A stretch of 64,000 nt of DNA, taken from contig PDTL01000013.1 in NCBI GenBank assembly GCA_002748835.1, forward strand, positions 26,576 through 90,575, given 5' to 3'. The stretch comes from Deltaproteobacteria bacterium. Lineage in GTDB: Bacteria > Desulfobacterota > Desulfobacteria > Desulfobacterales > GCA-2748835. The translations under genes were made by a program, and so were the position numbers. Shown one piece after another: positions 8,853 to 17,622 of the stretch; the stretch's first letter is position 1; each line of letters begins with the position of its first letter. Below the pieces are notes generated by a model. That model saw only the letters and a program-made list of their open reading frames with translations, had not been told where the DNA came from and did no database searches.

Positions 8853-9470
8853 TTGGCGTTAATCAATCCGAAAAAGAAAGAAGTGCAGGTTAAGATCGTG
8901 TACTACGGACCTGGAAGAGGCGGGAAAACGACGAACCTGGAATATATCAATAAAAAATTTAAAAGCCGGATCAAGAGCGAAATGGTCACGGTAAAGACCT
9001 ATAATGACCGGACGCTTTTTTTTGATTTTCTGCCTTTCGATATCGGTGTTATCAAAGGATATACCATCAAGATTCAGTTTTACACAGTGCCGGGCCAGGT
9101 GAAGTATAATGCCACGCGCCGCCTGGTCTTGCGGGGGGTGGACGGGATTGTCTTTGTGGCGGACTCCATGGCACTCAGGCGTGAAATGAACATACGGTCG
9201 TTGCAGAACCTGGCGGAAAACCTGAAATCCTTCAATAAGGATATTTCCAAAATTCCCCTGGTGCTTCAATATAATAAGCGTGATCTTGGAAAAGAGGGAA
9301 TTCCCCTTTTGTCTGTGACGCAGATGGAAGCAGATATGAATGCCAAACTGCGTGTGCCGGCGTTCACTGCAAGCGCTGTAACCGGTGACAATGTTGCGGC
9401 TACCATGAAAAAAATTATTTCCTTGACAGTGATGTCATTGAAAAAACAACTTGATCTGGGGGGCCATTAA
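8853..9470 (+). CDS. mglA: MglA-family Ras-like small GTPase
   Basis: KIVYYGPGRGGKTTNLEYI (P-loop), DRTLFFDFLP (MglA-type switch I with intrinsic Arg), YTVPGQVKYNATRRLVLRGVDGIVFVADS (switch II Gln) and NKRD (G4). TTG start with GGGGGA upstream. The N-terminus aligns with the Myxococcus MglA layout as I remember it. Confidence 0.85.
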   Translation: MALINPKKKEVQVKIVYYGPGRGGKTTNLEYINKKFKSRIKSEMVTVKTYNDRTLFFDFLPFDIGVIKGYTIKIQFYTVPGQVKYNATRRLVLRGVDGIVFVADSMALRREMNIRSLQNLAENLKSFNKDISKIPLVLQYNKRDLGKEGIPLLSVTQMEADMNAKLRVPAFTASAVTGDNVAATMKKIISLTVMSLKKQLDLGGH

Positions 9471-10211
9471 GTGCAAGACACGATGAAAGAGGATCTTGAA
9501 GACCGCTTGGATGCTTTTTTCAAAGATGATGAAGACGAACAGCCGGTACCGCCTTTCGGGGCAGCTCAATCCGAGACCCTTCCCCAAAAGGCCTCTGTTC
9601 CCGAGGGACCGGCTCCGGCAAAAAAAAGTGTCAAGCCGCTCGAAAATTTAAAAGCCGTCATTCTTTCCATGGAGTGGGAAATTAATGATGAGATCATGAA
9701 CACCTTTATTGACGAGGTCAATGTTTTGACTCAGCGATATAAAGGAAATCGCATCTATCAGCTGTTTTTAAAGCTTCATGATTCTATCGGCAAGTATATC
9801 AAAATTAAAAAAGCAGCGGCACATCCGTCGTCGATTCAGTTTCTGAACGGCCTTTTCGAGAGTTTTGAGTCTGTGGTGATGAATCCGGAGCAGAAATCGG
9901 CGGAAGCTGAAAAAATTATTTTAAAAGAAGTCAATAATTTTAAAATGTTGAAGAAGCGGATCCTGCTGTCGAAAGGGGGCGCGATGGAGGCCGAAACCGC
10001 CTCAGCTTCAACATCGTCTGCGCCGGCACCCCCTCCGCCGGTTCCCGCGCAAAAGAAAAATCTGTCTGTTCAGGAAGTCGGGCCGACAGCTAAACAGCCC
10101 TCCTTACATCCCGTCCCTCCGATACCCAGGGAAACGCTGGATTATCTGCTTGAAGAAATCAAGCGAACCATACGCGCTGAACTGGAAAAAGTGGTGCAGC
10201 GTCTGGTGTAG
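9471..10211 (+). CDS. Hypothetical protein (acidic N-terminus, Ala/Pro-rich linker, helical C-terminus)
   Basis: 246-aa ORF that abuts the mglA stop (GTG 9471, alternatively ATG 9483). No motif recognised. Coding is supported by operon position and length. Confidence 0.6.
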   Translation: MQDTMKEDLEDRLDAFFKDDEDEQPVPPFGAAQSETLPQKASVPEGPAPAKKSVKPLENLKAVILSMEWEINDEIMNTFIDEVNVLTQRYKGNRIYQLFLKLHDSIGKYIKIKKAAAHPSSIQFLNGLFESFESVVMNPEQKSAEAEKIILKEVNNFKMLKKRILLSKGGAMEAETASASTSSAPAPPPPVPAQKKNLSVQEVGPTAKQPSLHPVPPIPRETLDYLLEEIKRTIRAELEKVVQRLV

Positions 10212-10307
10212 CCGTTATCGGTGTGATACGTCAGGTTCCGACGCATTTTTACAGAAGAACGCTTCGGGCCATGCGGGATAGATGATAGCTAGACGACACA
10301 CCCCTTC

Positions 10308-10799
10308 ATGGCATGGCAGGGTGGGGAGAAGGAAATGGATGTTTTATCAGGGGATATTTCCGGGCATATTTTCAGGCGGTCGTTGAAAGCGGACCTGGGC
10401 GAGGTGTCTCTGGATCGTCAGATGCTGAATGTGATGATGGAGCTTGACGGAAAAAAAAATGGCGCAGCTATTGCTGCGTCGCTGAATATCAGTTTGGCGT
10501 CACTGAAACAGATTTTGATAAAGCTGATGAAGCTCGATTTGCTTGAATCTGTTAATGCGGCGGTGAAAACCGTTCCGACGGAATTTTGGGTTCAGCTGAA
10601 GAACAGCCTTTCTGAAGCAATGGGGCCGCTTGCCGATCTGATCATTGATGACGAGATATTAGATATGGGCGAACATAAAAGCAGTTTTCCGTTTCACAGA
10701 CTCCCTGAACTGGTGGAGCAGTTGGCGAGACAGATTCCGCGTGAAGAAAAACGGATTGTTTTTCAACAGGCGATGATCCGGCAGATTGCCGGTAAATAA
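10308..10799 (+). CDS. Hypothetical protein with a possible winged-helix segment
   Basis: 163 aa. The segment NVMMELDGKKNGAAIAASLNISLASLKQILIKLMKLDLLESV looks like a wHTH. A better start is ATG 10335, preceded by GGAGAAGGAA. Confidence 0.6.
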   Translation: MAWQGGEKEMDVLSGDISGHIFRRSLKADLGEVSLDRQMLNVMMELDGKKNGAAIAASLNISLASLKQILIKLMKLDLLESVNAAVKTVPTEFWVQLKNSLSEAMGPLADLIIDDEILDMGEHKSSFPFHRLPELVEQLARQIPREEKRIVFQQAMIRQIAGK

Positions 10800-10877
10800 G
10801 ATAGATGATGTGGATTGATCCGGGCAGATAGGCAGCAGCGGTCAAACGGATAAGGATACAAGGCAAGGAGATACTGA

Positions 10878-12107
10878 ATGAGCGTCATTTGCGAAGAATG
10901 CGGAAAAATATATCATATTGACCCCCAGAAACTGAGTGAGAAGATAGGAGACGGTAAAAAGGCCAAGTTTCGATGTCGTGTATGCGATCAGATGATTATC
11001 ATTTCCATGGCGGATGCAAGCGCAGATCCGGAGGAAGGTGCGCCGGCCCCCATCCAGGAACACCGGTTTGCCCCTGTTACGCCCCCCCCTCCCTCAAATG
11101 AATCGGCTTTCCCGACAAGTGATACGGCGAATTCAACGGAATCGCCGGAACAGGATCTAACACCGCCGTCCTCTGCTCCCACGACAGCGAAAATGTCTGC
11201 GCAATCGAAATCTGGCGGCAGCATTGGTCTAAGGGGAAAGATGTTTTTTCTCTTTCTCGTGATTCCCCTGTCTCTCATGGCCGCATCCGGTATTTTTACC
11301 CAGAAGCAGATGGACCGGCTGGCGGCTGATCTGACGGAACAGAGTGCGGAGGTGGTTCGAAAACTGGCGATTGAGACCTTTGCGGAAAGAGCCAGAACCG
11401 TTGCTGCCCAGTGTAGGATTTTTCTGGCCAGCCATCCGGATCTGAACCGGGAAGACTTTAACTATGATATCGAATTCAAGCACATTGCCGTACAAAAGCT
11501 TGGAGACAAGGGGTTTACAATTCTTCTGCAGCGGCCGTCTCAGGAACAAAACTGGATCATCTGGGCACACCCAGATGCGCGAGTTGTGGGCATTGCGGAT
11601 CTTTCCATGCAAAAACGGCTGATGGGCGATAATTTTGATGAGTTTTACAAAGTGATCAACCAGAGCAAGGGCGGCAAGCGTGAGGCCATGGGATACTTTA
11701 CGGAACTCAACAGCGATGGGAGGCGTGATAATTTGTTCATGGCCATTACGCCCATTGAGTTTACGCCGTATATGATCGCGAGCGTCGCCTATCTGGAAGA
11801 CTTTGTTGGCAAGGTACAGACCCTGGAAGCAGATGCTGCCAGGCGGACCCGCACAACCCTGAATATTAACCTGATGATTATCATCGGTTCACTGATTATT
11901 ATCGGGCTGTCGATTACAATTTACGGATATCGCCTCACGCAGAATATTAAACGGTTGACGGATGCTGCTGACAGGATCAGTGTCGGAGAGCTGGATACGG
12001 TGATTGAAATCCGTTCAACCGATGAAATTGGTAAGCTGGCAGAATCGATTTCCAGAATGCAGGACAGCCTGCGGCTTTCCATTGAGCGCCTGAGGCGCCG
12101 CCGGTAG
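10878..12107 (+). CDS. Membrane sensor: MJ0042-type zinc ribbon, Pro-rich linker, TM, periplasmic domain, TM, HAMP; no output domain
   Basis: N-terminus MSVICEECGKIYHIDPQKL ... KFRCRVCDQMI has two CxxC pairs. TM1 is FFLFLVIPLSLMAASGIF, followed by ~190 aa extracytoplasmic and TM2 LMIIIGSLIIIGLSITIYGY. The HAMP region is RLTQNIKRLTDAADRISVGELDTVIEIRSTDEIGKLAESISRMQDSL. The protein ends 12 aa later. Confidence 0.75.
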   Translation: MSVICEECGKIYHIDPQKLSEKIGDGKKAKFRCRVCDQMIIISMADASADPEEGAPAPIQEHRFAPVTPPPPSNESAFPTSDTANSTESPEQDLTPPSSAPTTAKMSAQSKSGGSIGLRGKMFFLFLVIPLSLMAASGIFTQKQMDRLAADLTEQSAEVVRKLAIETFAERARTVAAQCRIFLASHPDLNREDFNYDIEFKHIAVQKLGDKGFTILLQRPSQEQNWIIWAHPDARVVGIADLSMQKRLMGDNFDEFYKVINQSKGGKREAMGYFTELNSDGRRDNLFMAITPIEFTPYMIASVAYLEDFVGKVQTLEADAARRTRTTLNINLMIIIGSLIIIGLSITIYGYRLTQNIKRLTDAADRISVGELDTVIEIRSTDEIGKLAESISRMQDSLRLSIERLRRRR

Positions 12108-12351
12108 GTTATCAGATTTTTTAGGCAACGGTTAAGGCTTACTTCATAAACTCAATGCCATGCCGAATTTGAACTGAATCTTCTGCCTCCGATGTCGGCA
12201 GGCCGGTACGGGCCGGCACCGGCAGGTCAGGTGATACGGGGCTTATTCGGTTTGGTTTGTTGAGGGGAATAGTATTTTTCATCCGAGGCCTGCTTCCGAC
12301 GGGCCTCAGGATGGTGGGCGTCAGATTCCTGGCAGGAGTGAAGGAGAAGGA

Positions 12352-13341
12352 ATGATTATTATTCCTAAAGAAGTACCGATTATTTCCGGATTGAACAGTT
12401 ACTATCTTGATGTGGCGCGCCTTTTTGAGCATTATCAGGGTGTCCTTGATACCTTTTGTGTACACTTTCAGGCACCGGTTTCTGAAGGGGCTGTTTTTTT
12501 TGATGACGAAGGGGTGTTGAATGGTATCTACCACGATAAAAACGGGACGCTCAGGGGACCCAAATCCATAGATTATCTGACCAGTTCACCTGCCGTCAAT
12601 TTTAATGTCTCTGTTTATAAACTGCCTGCAGATCGTGTCTATTACTGGGCAAATTTGCCGAATGCAAAACCACTGTACAAGGATCTGACCACGGAGTTTA
12701 CGGATCTTGAAGGCCTGATTCGTAATCTGACCAGCGACAAGGTAACCGGTTACGTGGATGTAACAATCGACGGCGGTACGAATAACGGATTGATTTTCAT
12801 GCTTTATGGGATGTATATCGGCAGTTATGCCTCCTGGGAGCCGGGGATAATCAAGCGGAGTAAAGATTACCTGGAAACAATGATCCAAAAATCCCGTACT
12901 GGCGGCGGTGTGTTTCACGTGCGGAAAATTAGTTTGTCCAGAAAAGGTATTGAAGATGTACCGTCTGTAGATACCCGGTCGCGTGAGGAAGTTCCCGGTG
13001 AAGTCCTTGCCATGCTTGGGCAGATGCTTGCTATTTTTGAACGGTTGATCAACGGTACGAAAAAGGTAAAAATCGATTTTGATACTGCATTGAAACGTAA
13101 ATTCGTAGAAAAAGTCGATCGGTTCGATTTTCTGGATCCATTTGCCGCAGAGTTCAGATACGCTGAAGGCACGGTCGAATTTTTAGGAGACGCGACATCG
13201 GAAGAACTGGTTCAGGGTGTCATTGAATCGATTAGGGAAATTGCTTCTGAAAACGGCATACTGCCCATACTGGTAAAGCATTTAAATCCTTGGGCCGAAA
13301 AATATGCTGAACTGATCGAGGCATATAACATCGCTATCTGA
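12352..13341 (+). CDS. Hypothetical protein with two PATAN/DUF4388-like segments
   Basis: 329 aa. The segments LDVARLFEHYQGVLDTFCVHFQAPVSEGAVFFDDEGVLNGIY and DLEGLIRNLTSDKVTGYVDVTIDGGTNNGLIFMLYGMYIGSY follow the DUF4388 pattern (l..ll..l...k.tG.l.v......g.i.f..G.i). The domain call is an inference. Confidence 0.55.
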   Translation: MIIIPKEVPIISGLNSYYLDVARLFEHYQGVLDTFCVHFQAPVSEGAVFFDDEGVLNGIYHDKNGTLRGPKSIDYLTSSPAVNFNVSVYKLPADRVYYWANLPNAKPLYKDLTTEFTDLEGLIRNLTSDKVTGYVDVTIDGGTNNGLIFMLYGMYIGSYASWEPGIIKRSKDYLETMIQKSRTGGGVFHVRKISLSRKGIEDVPSVDTRSREEVPGEVLAMLGQMLAIFERLINGTKKVKIDFDTALKRKFVEKVDRFDFLDPFAAEFRYAEGTVEFLGDATSEELVQGVIESIREIASENGILPILVKHLNPWAEKYAELIEAYNIAI

Positions 13342-13438
13342 TGCGACGTTCCGGGAGCGGATGCTGCTTTGCAGCTACAGATCTCCGGCACTAGGTTACG
13401 CCGGGGTCTTATTCCTATTCCTCTGAGAAGGAGCGTGA

Positions 13439-14503
13439 ATGAAAAAGAAAGTCCTGATTGTTGATGATGACAAGGTGTTATTGTCGATTTTAAAAAAGAA
13501 GTTTGCAGGATATGCGGATACGTTTGATGTGATGACAGCCATGGACGGCGTTTCTGCAATACAACTTTTGAAAACGACAACCATATCCATTGTGGTTGCC
13601 GATATCCGGATGCCGCGGATGGACGGATTCGGGCTTCTTTCGTATGTCGCTGAAAATTATCCCGATATTCGTGTCATTATCATGACGGCACATGATATGC
13701 CGAAAACGCAAAATATCGTTCTTAAAGGCGGGGCTGTCGCCTACGTCAAAAAGCCGTTTCAGATTGAAGACCTTTCCCGAAAAATTGTTGCGTATCTGGA
13801 AAAGGAGGCTGAGGGTGGACTGCTGAACAATGCATCGCTGGAGACGTTTATTCAGCTGGTCGAGATGGAGGCCAAAACTTGCACGATTCGCGTATTTAAT
13901 GCTGAATCTAATAAATATGGTGTGTTGTTCTTCATGGAGGGTGACATCCTGGATGCCCGGTACCGGGATTGTAATGGAACAAAAGCGGCCTATGAAATTT
14001 TTTCGTGGAGCCATATTTCCTTGTCCATTGAGAATCACTGCCCATTGAAAGCAAAAAGAATTGACGGAGACCTGCAGGCGATTCTGCTCGAAGCCATGCG
14101 GCTGAAGGATGAGCTGGCGGAACGTGAAGCGGGTATGAAAATCGCAATAGAACGGGTTCCTTTGGAAGAAACGGTTCCTGAGGAACAGAATGCCACTGTT
14201 GACGCCGCTGAACCGCAGACAGCTGACGATGAATCTGAAGGCCTGCTGCTTCGCGTTGCCCAGGCCCTGATCGGCAGAAGCGGTGTCATTGATATTTTTC
14301 ACGATGCGTCGTGGGATCCCCTGGTCAGTAATGTTACGTCGCTGGGAGCGCGATTCGGCGCTAAAAACCTGATGGCATGCTATGTCTGTAAGGGTGAGGA
14401 ACAGGATTATATACTGGTTCCGGATGAAACAACGGTGGTGACTTCTGTCAGCCCCCGGTGTGCGCGGGATAATTTGATCAAGGCGATTACAGATGCGGTG
14501 TAA
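13439..14503 (+). CDS. Response regulator: receiver domain plus PATAN (DUF4388) domain plus C-terminal alpha/beta region
   Basis: Receiver: KVLIVDDDKV ... SIVVADIRMPRMDG ... IIMTAH ... YVKKP. PATAN: SLETFIQLVEMEAKTCTIRVFNAESNKYGVLFFMEGDILDARYRDCNGTKAAYEIFSW. The 393-aa antisense ORF 13490..14671 is rejected. Confidence 0.8.
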   Translation: MKKKVLIVDDDKVLLSILKKKFAGYADTFDVMTAMDGVSAIQLLKTTTISIVVADIRMPRMDGFGLLSYVAENYPDIRVIIMTAHDMPKTQNIVLKGGAVAYVKKPFQIEDLSRKIVAYLEKEAEGGLLNNASLETFIQLVEMEAKTCTIRVFNAESNKYGVLFFMEGDILDARYRDCNGTKAAYEIFSWSHISLSIENHCPLKAKRIDGDLQAILLEAMRLKDELAEREAGMKIAIERVPLEETVPEEQNATVDAAEPQTADDESEGLLLRVAQALIGRSGVIDIFHDASWDPLVSNVTSLGARFGAKNLMACYVCKGEEQDYILVPDETTVVTSVSPRCARDNLIKAITDAV

Positions 14504-14542
14504 CCCGCACCCATACAATTCGAATCGGATGCCCCTAGAGAT

Positions 14543-14923
14543 ATGAAAGACCTGTTTAAACATATTCTGGAAATAGATGAAGTCAAAGGGCTTTACTTTT
14601 TTTATCGGGATGGCGGCCTGATGTTTCACCAGGTGGATGCGGACTGGCGCGCCCGGCTCAATGGACAACAATCAGATGCGCTGTTTGGCACTGCTGAAGG
14701 CTGGAATGCCTTTTTAAATGATTTTTATGGTGTGCAGGAAGCGGAGCTGGTGTTTGAGAATATCCGACTCTATTTCAGGCGGGTGGAAACAGGGGTCGTC
14801 TTTATCCTCCTGGACCCGTACGCGACGGCGGCCATGGCTCGGTTGAATCTTGATATTGCCGTTCCGGCACTGAACAAGGCAAAAAAGACAAAAGGTCTGG
14901 GACGGTTATTCAGACGCCGTTGA
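14543..14923 (+). CDS. Small protein, possibly a second Roadblock/LC7-like module
   Basis: 126 aa. ILEIDEVKGLYFFYRDGGLMFHQV ... ELVFENIRLYFRRVETGVVFILLDPYATAAMARLNL resembles the Roadblock beta-alpha-beta layout, and there is a basic tail. This is a weak motif-level inference. Confidence 0.45.
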   Translation: MKDLFKHILEIDEVKGLYFFYRDGGLMFHQVDADWRARLNGQQSDALFGTAEGWNAFLNDFYGVQEAELVFENIRLYFRRVETGVVFILLDPYATAAMARLNLDIAVPALNKAKKTKGLGRLFRRR

Positions 14924-15053
14924 CCGTTACAGCGATGGTGATCTGGCGATTGAGTGCAGTTTGCAGCGGTGGGGTTCTCGTTTATGCGGGCTTTTAGATT
15001 CTGATATCATCAGGGAACGCTTGATTAACCATTTGAAGGAAAGACGTATCACC

Positions 15054-17567
15054 ATGACTGATCCTTCGGGCAGCACATATGATCTTACAAAGAAAATCAG
15101 TGAGGCTGAAGCCTATTTTTCACATGACTTGCTGAATGAAGCCATTGAAGTGTACGAAGACATTTTGTCTCATGCCAATGCGCTGGATATGGACGCTCAG
15201 CAGGATATAGAATCGCGGATTGAGTCAATTCGGGCGACCTTGGATGACAGGGAAAAATTTGATCAGCAAACCCTGACCTCACAGGATGTTTCCGTGATAA
15301 AGGAAACCTGGTCCAATAAGGAGGAAAGCCCTTCCGAGATATTAGTCAGTGCATCCGCGTTCAAAGAACTGGGCCTTTACATTGAGGCGATCGAGCAGTA
15401 CTTCAAGTTGTTTCTCCATGATCACCCCCCTGCGGATGTCATCAGTAAACTTTCCGAGTGCATCAATGATACGCCGACGCCGAAACTGGCCATCGAACAG
15501 CTGAATGACAGCTTGCGTAAAAGCGGTCTGGATGCCGAAAAGTCATCTGAGATCAAATCAAAGTTAGCCGATATGATCGAACGGCTGGGCAAGAAGGATT
15601 TTGTCCAGAGTCTTTATACCAGTGCCAAAGAGACCCGGGATAAAAAACCGGTACAAAAGAGGCGCCTGCCCAAAGATGGGTTGAAAATTGATACCGGGTT
15701 TGAGGCAGAACAAAAAAGGGCGTCTCGGGACGTTACCGGCCTGAAACTGGAAAAAGATGTGGCCCCGGAAGAAGACCCTGCGGGCCTGCTCGACGACGGA
15801 AAGGTTTATGCCAGCAGATATCAATACCTGCTTGAGAAGGAATTTGTCACCAAAGAGCAGCTTCAAAATTCCCTGGTTAAATCCAAATCCATGAGTAAAA
15901 GTGTGGAGCAGGTGTTGATCGACCTCAACAATGTTGATAAGGATGAGATCGGTAAATCCCTGTCCTTGTTTTATAAATGTAAGTTCAAGACCTTTTCTGA
16001 GAATATGCCCATCCCCTTTGAACTGCTGGGGAAACTCAAAAAAGCGTTCCTGCTTCAGAACTGCTGGGTGCCCATCAACTGGAATATTGCAGAAGGGGTC
16101 GTCGAGGTGTTGATCGATGATCCCATGAATCTGATGAAAACCGATGCCATCTCTGCCTTGATTCAGGCCAAGAAAATCAAATACTGCGTCGGTATTCATG
16201 AAGATATCCAGAAGGTCATCAAGCATTTTTACAGCGAAGATGCCCAGGCCTCGTATCAGGCCTCCTCCGTGAGCGCGGATGCGGGTCTGGATATGGTCAT
16301 GTCGGACATCGACTTTGAAGACGAGGAAGATGAAACTGAATCCCTGGCAGAGGCCAGTGAAGGGGACAGCCAGATTGTTCGCCTGGTGGACCAGGTGCTG
16401 ATTACCGCATACCGGAAAGGGGCGTCGGATATTCATATTGAACCGTCCGTTGTATGGAAACGGGTGGGGATCCGGTTCCGGATTGACGGTGTGTGCCAGA
16501 ATATCCTCCAGTTGCCCCTGTCCAATGCCCGGGCGATCATCTCCCGACTCAAAATCATGAGCGGTCTTGATATTGCGGAGCGGCGGATGCCCCAGGACGG
16601 CAAGATCAAGTTCAAGAAAAAAGGGATCAGACCGTTTGAACTGCGTCTGGCGACCCTTCCCACAGCCGGTGCATTTGAAGATGCCGTGCTGCGTATCCTG
16701 GCAGAATCGGGCGCCATGAAACTGGACGAGATGGGGTTGACCGAACGGAATTTTGAGGTCATGAACCGGATTGTCACCCAACCCTATGGCCTCTTGCTGG
16801 TTGTGGGGCCGACGGGTTCCGGTAAAACAACCACGCTTCACTCGGCCCTGGGGCATATCAATAAGCCCGGTGTCAAGATCTGGACCGCCGAAGATCCGGT
16901 GGAAATTACCCAGGCAGGGCTTCGCCAGGTGGAATGCAATCCCAAGATCGGGCTGGATTTTGCCCGGGTCATGCGCGCGTTTCTGAGGGCGGACCCGGAT
17001 ATCATCATGATTGGTGAGATGCGAGACCACGAAACCGCCTCTATTGGTATTGAGGCCTCCCTCACCGGTCACCTTGTGTTTTCGACCCTGCATACCAACA
17101 GTGCGCCGGAAACCATTACCCGTCTGCTTGATATGGGGCTGAACCCGTTGAACTTTTCAGACGCATTTTTAGGCGTTCTCGCGCAGCGGCTGATCCGTCG
17201 GGTCTGTAAAAAATGTCGGGAACAATATCATCCGTCACCGGAAGCGTTTCAGGATATCTGCGAGCTGTTCGGCGGAGAAGAGAAACTTGCGGAACAGGGG
17301 GTGGAGTACACTGAGGATATAACGCTATACCGACACAAGGGCTGTGACGAATGCAACCAGACCGGATACCGTGGCCGGATGGGGATCCATGAAATGATGG
17401 ACGGCACTCCGGAAGTGAAAAAGATGATCAAACGCAGTGCTGCAACAGATGAAATGTTCCGTCAGGCGGCGTCCGACGGGATGCTGACCCTGATTCAAGA
17501 TGGTATTTTAAAGGTGTTTCAGGGACATTCGGATATTGAAGAAGTCCGGCGTGTGGTTGTGAGCTAA
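15054..17567 (+). CDS. PilB/GspE-family secretion ATPase with ~300-aa N-terminal helical/acidic extension
   Basis: T2SSE_N-like region (FVTKEQLQNSLVKSKSMSKSVEQVLIDL ... VEVLIDDPMNLMKTDAI). Walker A is LLVVGPTGSGKTTT, with Asp/His boxes (IIMIGEMRDHETA, GHLVFSTLHTN). A tetracysteine is present (CKKCREQY ... GCDECNQTGYRGRMGIHE). The start is placed at ATG 15054 (GAAGGAAAG upstream). The track ORF opens at TTG 14961. Confidence 0.85.
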   Translation: MTDPSGSTYDLTKKISEAEAYFSHDLLNEAIEVYEDILSHANALDMDAQQDIESRIESIRATLDDREKFDQQTLTSQDVSVIKETWSNKEESPSEILVSASAFKELGLYIEAIEQYFKLFLHDHPPADVISKLSECINDTPTPKLAIEQLNDSLRKSGLDAEKSSEIKSKLADMIERLGKKDFVQSLYTSAKETRDKKPVQKRRLPKDGLKIDTGFEAEQKRASRDVTGLKLEKDVAPEEDPAGLLDDGKVYASRYQYLLEKEFVTKEQLQNSLVKSKSMSKSVEQVLIDLNNVDKDEIGKSLSLFYKCKFKTFSENMPIPFELLGKLKKAFLLQNCWVPINWNIAEGVVEVLIDDPMNLMKTDAISALIQAKKIKYCVGIHEDIQKVIKHFYSEDAQASYQASSVSADAGLDMVMSDIDFEDEEDETESLAEASEGDSQIVRLVDQVLITAYRKGASDIHIEPSVVWKRVGIRFRIDGVCQNILQLPLSNARAIISRLKIMSGLDIAERRMPQDGKIKFKKKGIRPFELRLATLPTAGAFEDAVLRILAESGAMKLDEMGLTERNFEVMNRIVTQPYGLLLVVGPTGSGKTTTLHSALGHINKPGVKIWTAEDPVEITQAGLRQVECNPKIGLDFARVMRAFLRADPDIIMIGEMRDHETASIGIEASLTGHLVFSTLHTNSAPETITRLLDMGLNPLNFSDAFLGVLAQRLIRRVCKKCREQYHPSPEAFQDICELFGGEEKLAEQGVEYTEDITLYRHKGCDECNQTGYRGRMGIHEMMDGTPEVKKMIKRSAATDEMFRQAASDGMLTLIQDGILKVFQGHSDIEEVRRVVVS

Positions 17568-17622
17568 CAAAGAGACATCGCTTTTCATGGGATGCGCAGG
17601 CACAGGTGGTGGAACGGGAACC

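Noticed and set aside
13490-14671. 393-aa minus-strand ORF
   Set aside because: It is antisense to the response-regulator/PATAN gene, whose receiver and DUF4388 motifs are unambiguous. The translation is Arg/Phe/Ile/His-rich with no motif.
15564-17093. 509-aa minus-strand ORF
   Set aside because: It is antisense to the PilB/GspE ATPase (Walker A, Asp/His boxes and tetracysteine on the plus strand). The translation is Gly/His/Arg/Phe-rich antisense-type sequence.
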